Shown here piece after piece: positions 46,898 through 57,160 of a stretch of 64,000 nucleotides of DNA; the stretch's first letter is position 1; the number at the start of each line of letters is the position of its first letter. A model generated the notes under the pieces. That model searched no databases and had not been told where the DNA came from. It saw only the letters and a program-made list of their open reading frames with translations. The position numbers were made by a program, and so were the translations under genes. The DNA comes from an uncultured bacterium (GTDB lineage: Bacteria; Zixibacteria; MSB-5A5; CAIYYT01). The stretch is from contig CAVSCK010000005.1 in the NCBI GenBank assembly GCA_963726455.1, forward strand, positions 352,001-416,000. Reading direction: 5' to 3'.

Positions 46898-47674
46898 TTA
46901 TAGTTTCAGGAACGCCGCCAATTCGCGTTTGAATATCTCGGGCTTCTCCAGGTGAATCATGTGCCCGCAATCGGGTATCTCGAATAATGTTCCGTTGGTC
47001 AGTTGCGCATTGACCAGCTTGGCCAGAGGCAAAAAATCGAGATCCTCCCGGCCGCAAAGCACCAGCACCGGCTGGGTTATCTTGTCCAGCAACTTCAGAT
47101 CGCTTTCATCCATGTAGCGCGCCGCTTCAGGATCAGTCCAGACCTTGCCCGAGAAGTCGCGCAGGCATTCGAGAAACAATTCGCGTTCGGTAGAGCCCTT
47201 GGGCAAGCGTTCAAACAGACGGAAGCTTTCCCACTGAATCTTCGCCTGGTCGATATCGATGGTTCTAGCGGTGCGGTAGACATTGGGCCAGCCGGCATAA
47301 TCACGATAGCCGACCACGTGAGGCGCTTCCAGCACCATTGTCTTGACAAGCTCGGGATGTTGCAGCACAAACTTGACAGCTATAGCGCCACCGGCGGAGT
47401 GCGCGACCAGAGTCACTTTCTTGAATTCAAGTTCTTTGATCAGCCACTTGAGGTCGCTCATGTGATCGCGGTAAGAATATCCGGTGTCGGGTGCGAAACT
47501 TTGTCCGTGACCACGTTGATCGTAGGTGACAACCGCATACTTCGCGCTCAGAAACAGAGGCAGGTCTCCCCAGCAACGGCTGTCTAGCGCCACGCCGTGA
47601 ATCATGATCAGCGGTTCACCGCTGCCCTGTATCTGATAGAATATCTTCTTATCGTCTGCTTCCAGAAATGGCAT
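46898..47674 (-). CDS. alpha/beta hydrolase
   Basis: MIHG, DQRGHGQS, AHSAGG nucleophile elbow, GH. Confidence 0.92.
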   Translation of the reverse strand: MPFLEADDKKIFYQIQGSGEPLIMIHGVALDSRCWGDLPLFLSAKYAVVTYDQRGHGQSFAPDTGYSYRDHMSDLKWLIKELEFKKVTLVAHSAGGAIAVKFVLQHPELVKTMVLEAPHVVGYRDYAGWPNVYRTARTIDIDQAKIQWESFRLFERLPKGSTERELFLECLRDFSGKVWTDPEAARYMDESDLKLLDKITQPVLVLCGREDLDFLPLAKLVNAQLTNGTLFEIPDCGHMIHLEKPEIFKRELAAFLKL

Positions 47675-47675
47675 A

Positions 47676-48830
47676 CTAACTCCGCTGATTGATTACCCGT
47701 CGTTCGAGATGTCCGCCGATGCGAGAAACCACTTCGTAATTGATGGTGTTGGCCCAGCCGGCGACGTCCTCGGCGCGAACTACTTCGTCACCCGACCTGC
47801 CGATTAGGACGACTTCCGATTCCAGATGGACGTCGGGGATATCGGTGACGTCGACCATAAAGATGTCCATACAAATTCTGCCGCGCACCGGCGCACGCAT
47901 GCCGTTGATCAGCACGTGGCCACAGTTTGACAATTGTCGGTCGTAACCGTCGAAGTAGCCGATGGGCAACACCGCAATTTTGAGATTCGCCGTCGCTCGG
48001 TACGTCGTGCCGTAACCGACGTACTCGCCCTTGCGGACGTCCTTGACCTGCGCCACCAAAGTCTTCCAAGTTAGGACCGGTTTGAGTATTTCGTTTTCTT
48101 TGCCCGATAAGCGATAGGACAGGTAGGTCTCTTTGGACGGCCAGAGACCATAAAGCGAAATGCCCACTCGCGCAAGGTTGAAATGCGTATGCGGAAACAA
48201 CAGCGATGCCGCTGATGACGCCATGTGATAATATTTCACCGGCAATTTAGTGGCTTCGATCATTTGCTTCATTTCAGTGTAGCGCTTGAATTGGAATTCC
48301 GCATAGGAGTGATTAGTCGTGTCTTCAATGTTGGCAAAATGGGTTGAGACGCCCACCAACTGCAATTGTGGCTTGTTCATGAAGAGCGAAAGAAACTCCG
48401 GAAGTTTCTCACGCGTGACGCCCTGACGATTGGTTCCGGTTTCGAGCTTGAGGTGGCATTTGGCGGGCGCTTCCGCAGACGCGACCTCGGCCAGCTTGGT
48501 GAGAGTTTCGAGGTTGTAAACCACGAAATCAAATCCGCTTTCGACTGTGGCTCTTAAGTCAGCCAACGGCACATATCCAAGAATCAAGATGTCGGACTTG
48601 ATGCCGCCCGCGCGCAGCAGAAATGCCTCCTCAAGATTGTGAACACCGATATAGGGGAAGCTTTTGCCGTCCAGTAGCCGGCCAATTTCCAGATAGCCGT
48701 GGCCATAGGCGTTCGCCTTGACTACAGGCACCATCGCACATCCGGGAGCCAGGTTTGCTTTGATCGCCGAAATGTTGTGTTCCAACGCGGCAGCGTCGAT
48801 TTCCAGCCAGCTTAGCGCCTTCGTCTTCAT
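47676..48830 (-). CDS. alr: alanine racemase
   Basis: VVKANAYGHG, HLKLETG, STHFA, VGYG, GRICMD, TINYEV. Confidence 0.96.
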   Translation of the reverse strand: MKTKALSWLEIDAAALEHNISAIKANLAPGCAMVPVVKANAYGHGYLEIGRLLDGKSFPYIGVHNLEEAFLLRAGGIKSDILILGYVPLADLRATVESGFDFVVYNLETLTKLAEVASAEAPAKCHLKLETGTNRQGVTREKLPEFLSLFMNKPQLQLVGVSTHFANIEDTTNHSYAEFQFKRYTEMKQMIEATKLPVKYYHMASSAASLLFPHTHFNLARVGISLYGLWPSKETYLSYRLSGKENEILKPVLTWKTLVAQVKDVRKGEYVGYGTTYRATANLKIAVLPIGYFDGYDRQLSNCGHVLINGMRAPVRGRICMDIFMVDVTDIPDVHLESEVVLIGRSGDEVVRAEDVAGWANTINYEVVSRIGGHLERRVINQRS

Positions 48831-48838
48831 CGGAAATG

Positions 48839-48929
48839 ATGTTATCACGTGAGACCGGCCAAGTCAACAATAAAGGGAGCAGGCGGCTTCGTAATGCTTG
48901 TTGACAGAGTTGAGAGAATGCTTTAAGCT
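48839..48929. promoter_or_regulatory. divergent sigma70 promoters of alr and nadC
   Basis: Minus: TTGACT-17-TAACAT, 8 nt before ATG 48830; plus: TTGACA-17-TAAGCT, 6 nt before ATG 48936. Confidence 0.7.
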
Positions 48930-48935
48930 GACATT

Positions 48936-49799
48936 ATGGAGGTATCTTCCGAGTATCTGATCGACATCGTCGACCGCGCCATGACCGAGGACGTGGAGGA
49001 AGGCGATATCACGACGATGGCGACAGTGCCCGCTGCCGCCAGAGGCCGCGCCGTGATCGTAGCCAAGCAGGACGGGGTCATATCGGGCCTTGATGTTGCC
49101 GCTCTGGTATTCTATCGCCTTGATCCTGATTCGGAATTTCTGACTGATTTGATTGAGGGTTCGCCGATCACCAAGGGCCAAGAGCTAATTACTATATCAG
49201 GTTTGTTGTCCTCACTGTTGACGGGTGAACGCACGGCACTGAATTTCCTGATGCAACTTTCCGGCATTGCGACGATGACATCGCGATTTGTCAGCGAAGT
49301 CAGCCATACCTCCTGCAAGATTCTCGACACGCGCAAGACCAGCCCCGGCCTGCGATTACTTGAGAAACGTGCCGTATCTTCCGGCGGCGGATTCAACCAT
49401 CGCATCGGGCTGTTTGACATGATACTGATCAAGAACAACCACGTCGATGCGGCCAGTTCTATCGAGCAGGCGATCCAGCGCGCGGTCGATTACAAGTCGA
49501 GGAATAATCTGATCGACATGAAAGTCGAAGTCGAAGCGCGAACACTCGATGAGGTCAAGCAGGCCGTGCATCTGCCCGTGGATCGCATCATGCTCGACAA
49601 CTTCACCATCATGGATTGTGCCAAAGCCGTGCAGGTCATTCGCGGAGTCAAGCCGGAAATGGAAATCGAGGCCTCCGGCAACATGAAGCTCGACAACGTC
49701 CGCGCTTACGCTGAAACCGGTGTGGATTTCGTTTCCGTCGGCGCAATCACACATTCAGCGGAGTGGTTGGATTTGTCGATGAGGATTCAGCCGCAGTAG
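48936..49799 (+). CDS. nadC: nicotinate-nucleotide pyrophosphorylase (carboxylating)
   Basis: GERTALN, DTRKTSPG, NHR, LIKNNH, EVE, IMLDNF, EASG. Confidence 0.96.
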   Translation: MEVSSEYLIDIVDRAMTEDVEEGDITTMATVPAAARGRAVIVAKQDGVISGLDVAALVFYRLDPDSEFLTDLIEGSPITKGQELITISGLLSSLLTGERTALNFLMQLSGIATMTSRFVSEVSHTSCKILDTRKTSPGLRLLEKRAVSSGGGFNHRIGLFDMILIKNNHVDAASSIEQAIQRAVDYKSRNNLIDMKVEVEARTLDEVKQAVHLPVDRIMLDNFTIMDCAKAVQVIRGVKPEMEIEASGNMKLDNVRAYAETGVDFVSVGAITHSAEWLDLSMRIQPQ

Positions 49800-49866
49800 T
49801 CCGCGACGGAAAATTATCCCCCAGAGTATCGAGAAGGATGCCCCACCACTTGCGGTGGGAAGTCTG

Positions 49867-50283
49867 TCAATGCGCGATCAGCTCGTACGTCAGCGCCTTT
49901 GTCGGGCAAAAATGGGCGCAAGCGGGGTCGCCACCACACAGGTCACATTTGATCACGACATTCTGCTGAGCATCAAACAGCGAGCAGCCGAACGGACAGG
50001 CCGCCACACACGCCATGCAGCGCACGCAGATTTCCGGATTGATTTCGTATGCGCCGGTCGCGTCGTTGAAATGAATCGCGTCGACGAGACATGATTTGAC
50101 GCAGGCGGGGTCTTCGCATTGCAGGCAGACAACGGGCACGAATAGTTCTTTATAGCCGCCGTCGAGCGGATAGATGCGGCTGCGACCGATCTTGCCATCT
50201 TTGGCATGAGTGAACGAGCAGGCCAACTCGCAGGTGCGGCAGCCGGTGCAGAGTGCCGGAGTTACGATGAAGCGCGAATTCAT
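49867..50283 (-). CDS. 4x[4Fe-4S] protein (DmsB/WorS-like)
   Basis: CTGCRTCELAC, CLQCEDPACVKSC, CVRCMACVAACP, KCDLCGGDPACAHFCP. Confidence 0.92.
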   Translation of the reverse strand: MNSRFIVTPALCTGCRTCELACSFTHAKDGKIGRSRIYPLDGGYKELFVPVVCLQCEDPACVKSCLVDAIHFNDATGAYEINPEICVRCMACVAACPFGCSLFDAQQNVVIKCDLCGGDPACAHFCPTKALTYELIAH

Positions 50284-51056
50284 TTCGGCACCTCCCGGCT
50301 CCAGACTGCAATTTTGCCGAGGTTCAACGCGGTTTGCTGGCGATGAGATTCGTCATTCAGCTCGAAATAGTCGGGCAGGACATTGCGATTCTTGCTTAAA
50401 TAAGCTGCGAAGTCTTTGGTGATGGTCGGCTGGCCGGTTCGGGCATCGCGGATTAGTTCGAATTTCTTGCCCCATATTTCGCGCGTGTTGCCGGCATCGG
50501 AATACTTGATGTAATTCGTGGGACAATTCAGCGCACAGGCCAGACAACCCACGCAATCAGCCGGCGGTTGTTTCAGCGGCGGCGCAATTTCCCGGCCGTG
50601 GCCACGACTGACGGCCGATATCGCCCCAAATCCCATGCGGTCACAAATGCGGGTGCAGAGTCCGCAGAGGATGCAGTCATTCGGCTCGGTTACTTCTTCG
50701 AAACTGGTTTTGGTCACGCCGTACTGAGCCGCCAAGTCCTGAATCTCAGGAGTGTTGGGACAGCGCGCGAGATAAAGATCGAGTATCGTTTTGCGAAGAT
50801 CGATCAACTCTGAGGTATGAGTCTGGATGATCAGGCCGTCGGCAACCGGGTAGAGGCAGGACGTGACCATATTCTTCCAGCCGCCCCAATCTGCCTTGGT
50901 AATCTCCACCATACAGAGGCGGCAGGCGCCGTAGGGCTCGACGGCTTCATGATGGCAGAGCGCCGGGATGTCGATCTTTTCGCGCCGCAAGACTGCCAGC
51001 AGCATTTCGCCTTCTTTGGCGCGTACCAATTTACCATTTATGACTACGGTTACCAT
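50280..51056 (-). CDS. short NuoG/BfuA-like Fe-S subunit without catalytic domain
   Basis: IPALC..GACRLCMVE..TSC [2Fe-2S]; CILCGLCTRIC; CVGCLACALNCP. Confidence 0.88.
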   Translation of the reverse strand: MVTVVINGKLVRAKEGEMLLAVLRREKIDIPALCHHEAVEPYGACRLCMVEITKADWGGWKNMVTSCLYPVADGLIIQTHTSELIDLRKTILDLYLARCPNTPEIQDLAAQYGVTKTSFEEVTEPNDCILCGLCTRICDRMGFGAISAVSRGHGREIAPPLKQPPADCVGCLACALNCPTNYIKYSDAGNTREIWGKKFELIRDARTGQPTITKDFAAYLSKNRNVLPDYFELNDESHRQQTALNLGKIAVWSREVPK

Positions 51057-51065
51057 GAGCTTCTC

Positions 51066-52923
51066 CTACGACACCTCGATCGCATCATGCTTGCATACCG
51101 CCACGCAGGCGCCGCATTTTTCGCAGATATCCTGATCGATGTAATGCGGTTCTTTCTTTTTGCCGGTAATGGCATGATAGGCACAGGCGACGATACACGC
51201 CAGACAGCCGGTGCATTTGTCGGGAATGACTTTGAATGATATCAATGGTTTGCAGACCCCCGCCGGGCATTTTTTGTCGCGTATATGTGCAAGATATTCG
51301 TCTCGATAGTAATGCAACGTCGACAACAACGGATTCGGTCCGGACTTGCCCAAACCACAAAGCGAACCGACAACCACCTGTTGCGACAGCTTTTCCATTT
51401 TGTCCAAATCTTCTTCGGCGCCTTCGCCGTCACAAACTTTGACCGTTAGTTTGTGTAACTGATACAATCCCTCACGGCAGGGAACACACTTGCCGCATGA
51501 TTCGTTAACGAGGAACTGCAGGAAGTAGCGAGCGACATCGACCATACAGGTTTTGTCGTCCATCACGATCATGCCGCCAGAACCCATCATCGAACCGGCC
51601 TGGGTCAGCGAATCGAAATCAACCGGCAGATCAAGCTTTGACTCCGGCAAGCAGCCACCAGACGGCCCTCCCGTTTGCACGCCTTTGAAAGGCCGGCCAT
51701 CAATGATCCCGCCGCCGATGTCATAGATAATCTCACGCATCGTGGTTCCCATCGCCACTTCGATCAAGCCGGTGTTGCGTACTTTGCCGACCAGCGAGAA
51801 GACTTTGGTGCCAGTATTCTTGGGGACGCCGATTTGCCTGTACCAGTCGGCGCCGTGATTGATGATGACGGGCACGTTGGCGAAGGTTTCGACGTTGTTC
51901 AGAACCGTTGGTTCGTCGCGGAAACCTTTGACGACCGAGTGGATATACTTGGCGCGTGGTTCACCGACTTCACCGGCAACCGACTTCATCAATGCGGAGG
52001 ATTCGCCGCAGACAAACGCACCGGCGCCGCGGGCAATCCTGATTCTAAACGAGAAACTCAGTGCCGAGAATATTGTCACCCAACAGGCCATTCTTTTCGC
52101 AATCGGCGATCGCTTTTTCCAGATGAATTACTGCCAGCGGATATTCTTCACGAACATAGATGTAGCCCTGTTTGGCGCCGACCGCGAAGGCGCAGATCAT
52201 CATGCCTTCCAAGCACGGAGTGCGGATCGCCTTCCATGATGCTGCGGTCCATAAACGCGCCGGGATCGCCTTCGTCACCGTTGCAGATGACATAGTGCGT
52301 ATCCGATTTGACATTGCGGCAGGTGCGCCATTTCTTGCCGGCCGGAAAACCGCCACCACCCCGGCCGCGAAGTTCCGACTTGCTGATTTCGTCGATCACC
52401 TGATCGGGCGACATCGTGGTCAGCACTTTCGCCAGCGCTTTGTAGCCGTCGACGGCGATGTATTCTCTGATATCAAAGGGTGCGATCTTGCCTAGATTGC
52501 GCAGCGCAATACGCCGCTGATGCGAGAAGAACGGGACATCATGATAGCGTTCGATCTTCTGTTTATCCTTGGGGTTGGTAAAGAGCAGCTCGTTGATGAC
52601 ATCGTTACTTTCAATCGACTTGGCGATGATGTTGTCGACGTCCTTGGGCTTGACCTTGGTGTAGAAAGTGCCCTGCGGTTCGATTACCACCAGCGGACCT
52701 TGTTCGCAGAATCCATGACATCCGGTCTTCTTGACGGCCTCGATTGAGAAGTCCTTGACGGTTCTGCCGTCGAGATTCTTTCTCAAATGCCTCGACAATC
52801 TTCTGTGCGCCGTTGGCAAGACAGCCGGTACCGCAACAGACGATGACCGTCTTCTTGTGTTTGCTTTCGGATCTTCTTGTAGTCCTTCGCAAGCTGCTCA
52901 AGCTGTTGTGGATTGCTTATCAT
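51066..52923 (-). CDS. NuoF/HydB/BfuB-like FMN-NAD(P)H subunit (four apparent +1 frameshifts)
   Basis: [70 protein letters not shown], two C-terminal [4Fe-4S] motifs. Confidence 0.9.
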
Positions 52924-52926
52924 TGG

Positions 52927-53379
52927 CTAACCCTTCACCAGCTTGGTCGCCGTGTTGACCTTGACGCCGCCATGATATTTGTCGTTTACGATCACGACCG
53001 GAGCCATCGCACAAGCGCCGACACAGGCAACAACTTCGACGGTGAATTTCATGTCCGCAGACGTCTGCCCGGCCTTGAGTCCCAGTTCATGTTCAATCTG
53101 ATCTTGAATCTGCCGCGCGCCACGGATGTGGCAAGCGGTTCCGACGCAGATACGGACGACCTTTTCACCTTTGGGATTCAAGCTGAAGGCATTGTAGAAG
53201 GTCGCGACCGAAAAGACTTTGCTCAGTTTGACATTGAGCGCCTCGGAGGTCTGAATCAGCGCTTCGCAAGGGAGATAGCGATATTCACGCTGAATGTCCT
53301 GAAGAACCATGATGAGCGAAGAAGGATCTTGCGGATGGCGGGCGAAGATGTCCGGAAGCTTCGTGAAGTCGTGCGTCAA
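52927..53379 (-). CDS. NuoE/HydC/BfuC-like [2Fe-2S] subunit
   Basis: SVATFY, CVGTAC, ACVGACAMAP. Confidence 0.93.
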   Translation of the reverse strand: MTHDFTKLPDIFARHPQDPSSLIMVLQDIQREYRYLPCEALIQTSEALNVKLSKVFSVATFYNAFSLNPKGEKVVRICVGTACHIRGARQIQDQIEHELGLKAGQTSADMKFTVEVVACVGACAMAPVVIVNDKYHGGVKVNTATKLVKG

Positions 53380-53942
53380 ACCCGGGTACCCTTTCTCAAT
53401 GCGTCAGCGGCAAACTGAAATCCCTGCTCGAGCACCTTCATATTAATGTCGAGTACGCTCTGCTTCTTACCCAGCTTCTGCTGTAAGACTCTCTTGACGG
53501 TGTCGTAACCGACTACTCCCGACGCGCCGATAAACGCCCCCAGGACGGCGACGTTGGTCGCTTTGACATTTCCGGCCGCAAGCGCCAAATCGTTGGCCGG
53601 GATGCGAATTTCGGTGATATCGGTGCGATCCGTAGTCAGCATGATCAATGCGGAATTCACTATAGCCAGTCCGCCCGGCTTGATTCGGGGAATGAATTTA
53701 TCGTATGACGGCGGATTGAAAACGCATACGGCACGGGGATTGTTGATAATCGGCGAGCCGATACGTTTGTCGGAGATCACGACGGTGCAATAGGCAGTGC
53801 CGCCGCGCATTTCTGGACCGTAGGATGGCAACCAGACGGCGTTCTTGCCCTCTTCAATTCCTGAGTAGGCGAGCAACTGGCCGGCCATCATTACACCCTG
53901 GCCGCCAAAACCGGCGAAAGTGACTTCGTATTGACCCGTCAT
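53376..53942 (-). CDS. 2-oxoacid:ferredoxin oxidoreductase gamma subunit
   Basis: FAGFGGQG, PSYGPEMRGGTA. Confidence 0.94.
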   Translation of the reverse strand: MTGQYEVTFAGFGGQGVMMAGQLLAYSGIEEGKNAVWLPSYGPEMRGGTAYCTVVISDKRIGSPIINNPRAVCVFNPPSYDKFIPRIKPGGLAIVNSALIMLTTDRTDITEIRIPANDLALAAGNVKATNVAVLGAFIGASGVVGYDTVKRVLQQKLGKKQSVLDINMKVLEQGFQFAADALRKGTRV

Positions 53943-54703
53943 TTCTGCGCCTCAGCTTCCGGCGTCTTGAAAACTCCGAGCGGATAATAGGGAGACATGT
54001 TCTTCTCCAACCAGCCGAGCGACTCGTTGGGGGTAAGTCCCCAGTTGGTCGGACAGGTTGACAGCACTTCCACCAGCGAGAAGCATTTCTTTTCGATTTG
54101 GTATTGGAACGCCCGGCGAATCGCTTTCTTGGCGCGAATGATGTTCTGCGGCGTGTGCACGGCAACGCGCTCGATGTAAGAAGGCGTTCTCAAGGACGAC
54201 AGCAATTCCGCCACCCGAATCGGCCAGCCGACCTCATCGACGTTGCGGCCTCGCGGCGAAGTTGTGGTAATCTGTCCGGGCATCGACGTCGGCGCCATCT
54301 GGCCGCCGGTCATACCGTAAATCGCGTTGTTAACAAAAATCGTCGTAAACTTTTCGCCACGGTTGGCAGCATGCACGATCTCGCCCATACCGATCGACGC
54401 CAGGTCACCATCACCTTGATAGGTAAAGACGATCAATTCCGGGCTGACGCGTTTGAGTCCGGTCGCCAGTGCCGGAGCACGGCCGTGGGGCGCTTCCAGG
54501 AAATCGGTTTGGAAATAGTTGTAGATGAAGACTCCGCAACCGACGGGGCCTACGCCAACCGTGCGTTCGCGAATATTGAATTCGTCGATCACTTCGGCGA
54601 CCAGGCGATGGATAACGCCGTGAGTGCAACCGGGGCAATAGTGGGTGACGACGTCGCGGAACGACTGCGGTCTGGTGAATACGGCATGTGTATTTTCGTT
54701 CAT
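53939..54703 (-). CDS. 2-oxoacid:ferredoxin oxidoreductase beta (TPP-binding) subunit, VOR type
   Basis: YCPGCTHG, HGRAPA, QGDGD..NNAIYGMTGGQ, CPTNWG. Confidence 0.94.
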   Translation of the reverse strand: MNENTHAVFTRPQSFRDVVTHYCPGCTHGVIHRLVAEVIDEFNIRERTVGVGPVGCGVFIYNYFQTDFLEAPHGRAPALATGLKRVSPELIVFTYQGDGDLASIGMGEIVHAANRGEKFTTIFVNNAIYGMTGGQMAPTSMPGQITTTSPRGRNVDEVGWPIRVAELLSSLRTPSYIERVAVHTPQNIIRAKKAIRRAFQYQIEKKCFSLVEVLSTCPTNWGLTPNESLGWLEKNMSPYYPLGVFKTPEAEAQK

Positions 54704-54715
54704 ATCCTACTCGCT

Positions 54716-55810
54716 TCAGCCGTTCCAGCTTTTGACGGCGGGTGTCTCTTTCGCCAGAATTTTCTTGATATAGTCAATGACTTCTTCCGGGGTCGGCACA
54801 ACTCCGCCGGTGCGTCCGTAGAACTCCACCGGTTTCTTGTCCCTAACCGCCCAATCAACATCCTCGACCATCTGACCGACGCTCATCTCAACCGTCAGGA
54901 CGGCCTCGACGTTCGGCTTAACCGCCTCGGCAAAAATCTCTTTGCTCGGGAACGGGAACAAAGTGATGGGACGCAACAGCCCGACGCTGATGCCTTCGGG
55001 TTCGAGATCGTCAATGACAGTTTGGCAGATGCGCGCCATCGTGCCGTAAGACACGATCAATATCCGGTTCTTGTTACTAACTTTGTATTTTTCCATCCGG
55101 ACTTCATCGCGCTTCATCAGTCGGTATTTTTCAGCCAACGCGAGATTGTTCTTCTCCAGCGCTATGGGATCCAAGGCCAGTGACTTAATAATGATCGGTG
55201 CGCGGCCTTTCGCGCCGGTGGTTGCCCATGTACGAGGAGGTAACGGCTCTTCTTCGAATTTCTCCGGAAACTCGACCGGCTCCATCATCTGTCCGATCAT
55301 GCCGTCGCCGAGCACCATTACCGGATTGCGATATTTCTCGGCAAGATGAAACGCCATCATGGTGAGATCGACGGCTTCCTGCAACGTGCTGGGCGCCAGA
55401 ACGAGCAAGCGATAATCGCCATGACCACCGCCCTTGGTGGCCTGGAAATAGTCTGACTGCGCCGGCAGAATGCCACCCAGACCCGGACCACCGCGCATAA
55501 TATTGATCAATACAACCGGCAGATGCGCTCCCGCCATGTATGATATCGCTTCCTGCATCAAGCTGATGCCCGGACTGGAGGACGATGTGAACACGCGTTT
55601 GCCGGACGAGGCCGCGCCGAACAGCATGTTGCCGACGGCGACTTCGCTCTCGGCCTGTACGAATGCGCCACCTACTTCAGGGAGGCGACGTGCCATGTAC
55701 TCGCCGACTTCATTTTGCGGTGTGATCGGATAAGCGAAGTAATGAATGCCGCCGGCGCGAATAGCCGCCTCGGCTATCGCTTCATTACCTTTCATCAGTA
55801 TTCGAGTCAT
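54716..55810 (-). CDS. vorB: 2-ketoisovalerate:ferredoxin oxidoreductase alpha-type subunit (VorB)
   Basis: KGNEAIAEAA, YPITPQ, QAESE, RGGPGLG..PAQSDY..KGGGHGDY. Confidence 0.9.
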   Translation of the reverse strand: MTRILMKGNEAIAEAAIRAGGIHYFAYPITPQNEVGEYMARRLPEVGGAFVQAESEVAVGNMLFGAASSGKRVFTSSSSPGISLMQEAISYMAGAHLPVVLINIMRGGPGLGGILPAQSDYFQATKGGGHGDYRLLVLAPSTLQEAVDLTMMAFHLAEKYRNPVMVLGDGMIGQMMEPVEFPEKFEEEPLPPRTWATTGAKGRAPIIIKSLALDPIALEKNNLALAEKYRLMKRDEVRMEKYKVSNKNRILIVSYGTMARICQTVIDDLEPEGISVGLLRPITLFPFPSKEIFAEAVKPNVEAVLTVEMSVGQMVEDVDWAVRDKKPVEFYGRTGGVVPTPEEVIDYIKKILAKETPAVKSWNG

Positions 55811-55827
55811 AGCAATCGACCTAACCT

Positions 55828-56061
55828 CTAATAATCATAAAGCACGTAGCGCTGTCCGTGAGTGACCACCGTAATTGCCGCGTCAGGACATACAAGTGCG
55901 CAAATCTGACATCCGATGCAGCGTGACGGGTCATGCATATAGGAGTAGAAATAACCCCGGTTGGTGATTTCCTTGGACATCGACAATATCTGCTGTGGAC
56001 AGGCCTTGACACAAAGTTCGCAACCCTTGCAGTAACCTTTATCTATGATGACACCGGGCAT
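55828..56061 (-). CDS. 2x[4Fe-4S] ferredoxin (delta subunit)
   Basis: CKGCELCVKACP, CIGCQICALVCP. Confidence 0.93.
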   Translation of the reverse strand: MPGVIIDKGYCKGCELCVKACPQQILSMSKEITNRGYFYSYMHDPSRCIGCQICALVCPDAAITVVTHGQRYVLYDY

Positions 56062-56067
56062 AATCAG

Positions 56068-56850
56068 CTACCTCTTGAAACTTCGTAACGGGGGGCCAAA
56101 CTTGATCTTCTCTTCCCACGGTTTCAGCATTTGCCGCGACATTTCCAGAATCGGACAGTCGATTTCGTTCTCGTTCATCTTCGCCGCAACTTCGGCAACG
56201 ACGCTGACAAACACAACCGGAATTCCCGCAGCTTTGCCAACTTCCGTCGCCAGGTTATACCCGTCGACGACGGTCTCGACCGTGGTTTCACCGATCAGAT
56301 GCGTGTTGGACACGATGCCGGTGAATTGCAGTCGAGATGATGTTTCGATTTCGCGCATCATCTTGAGCGAGCCGGCGACGTCCGAAGTAAACGGCCGTCT
56401 GGCGTTGAGCACCATCAGGAATTCATAACCATCGGGAGTGAAAGCATCGACCATCGAACTCAGCACGCGCGCGCCCAAATCATCACCGCCGACATCGAGG
56501 ACGACCATGCCATCCGGACGTTCAATTTCGCCGCGAATTTCCGGAAGGATGATCGGCATATCGGCATGGCACATATCGCCGTGTGGCATGATGACGTGCA
56601 CGCCGTAAGTCTCCATCGTTTGGGCAGCTTCGCGCGAACGGAAGTAGGGATTGACAATATCGAGATCGATGATGCTGACCGCCTGGCTGTGATTGGCCTT
56701 GAGTTGCACCACATAGTTGACTGCAACTTCGGTCTTGCCGCTGCCATACGCGCCGGCAAAAATAATCACTCGCTTGTTGGGGGAAGGAAAAGATGCTTGT
56801 CTCATAAGCGGCCTGCTGTACGTGTTTACTTTCACGTTCAGCACCGGCAA
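56068..56850 (-). CDS. SIMIBI-like P-loop NTPase of unknown function (start uncertain: 56850, 56844 or 56805)
   Basis: GAYGSGKTE, DLDIVNPYFRSRE, LDVGGD, NTHL. Confidence 0.85.
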   Translation of the reverse strand: MPVLNVKVNTYSRPLMRQASFPSPNKRVIIFAGAYGSGKTEVAVNYVVQLKANHSQAVSIIDLDIVNPYFRSREAAQTMETYGVHVIMPHGDMCHADMPIILPEIRGEIERPDGMVVLDVGGDDLGARVLSSMVDAFTPDGYEFLMVLNARRPFTSDVAGSLKMMREIETSSRLQFTGIVSNTHLIGETTVETVVDGYNLATEVGKAAGIPVVFVSVVAEVAAKMNENEIDCPILEMSRQMLKPWEEKIKFGPPLRSFKR

Positions 56851-57160
56851 AGGTAAATGCGACCGACAACATAGTCAAGCAGTTTCGCAGTGATATTGCG
56901 CGTTTGCGGACTGCAATTAGTCCATTGCCGATGTCGCGAAACGATCACTGCATAATGCTTGTGAGTAGTATATTCATGGCCTGGCTGAAGTATTCTGCCT
57001 TTAGACTCGATTCCGCCGAATGACTTGTAATTGGACGGTTTTGGTCAAGTATAGAGAATTCGCGGTCTAAGTCCTGAAAGGTCATAGAGGCAGCCAATTT
57101 CGACGGTTGCGAAACAAAACTGCCAAAGTCCGCGTCTTAACGGGCAAGGAGAGTTCAATT

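Noticed and set aside
49842-49859. CCCACC-ACTTGC-GGTGGG hairpin resembling an IS200/IS605 end
   Set aside because: Single short stem with no transposase; may only terminate the convergent genes
57055-57100. Possible c-di-GMP-I riboswitch (GGTCTAAG..GAAA)
   Set aside because: No GCAAA junction or P1 GNRA stem
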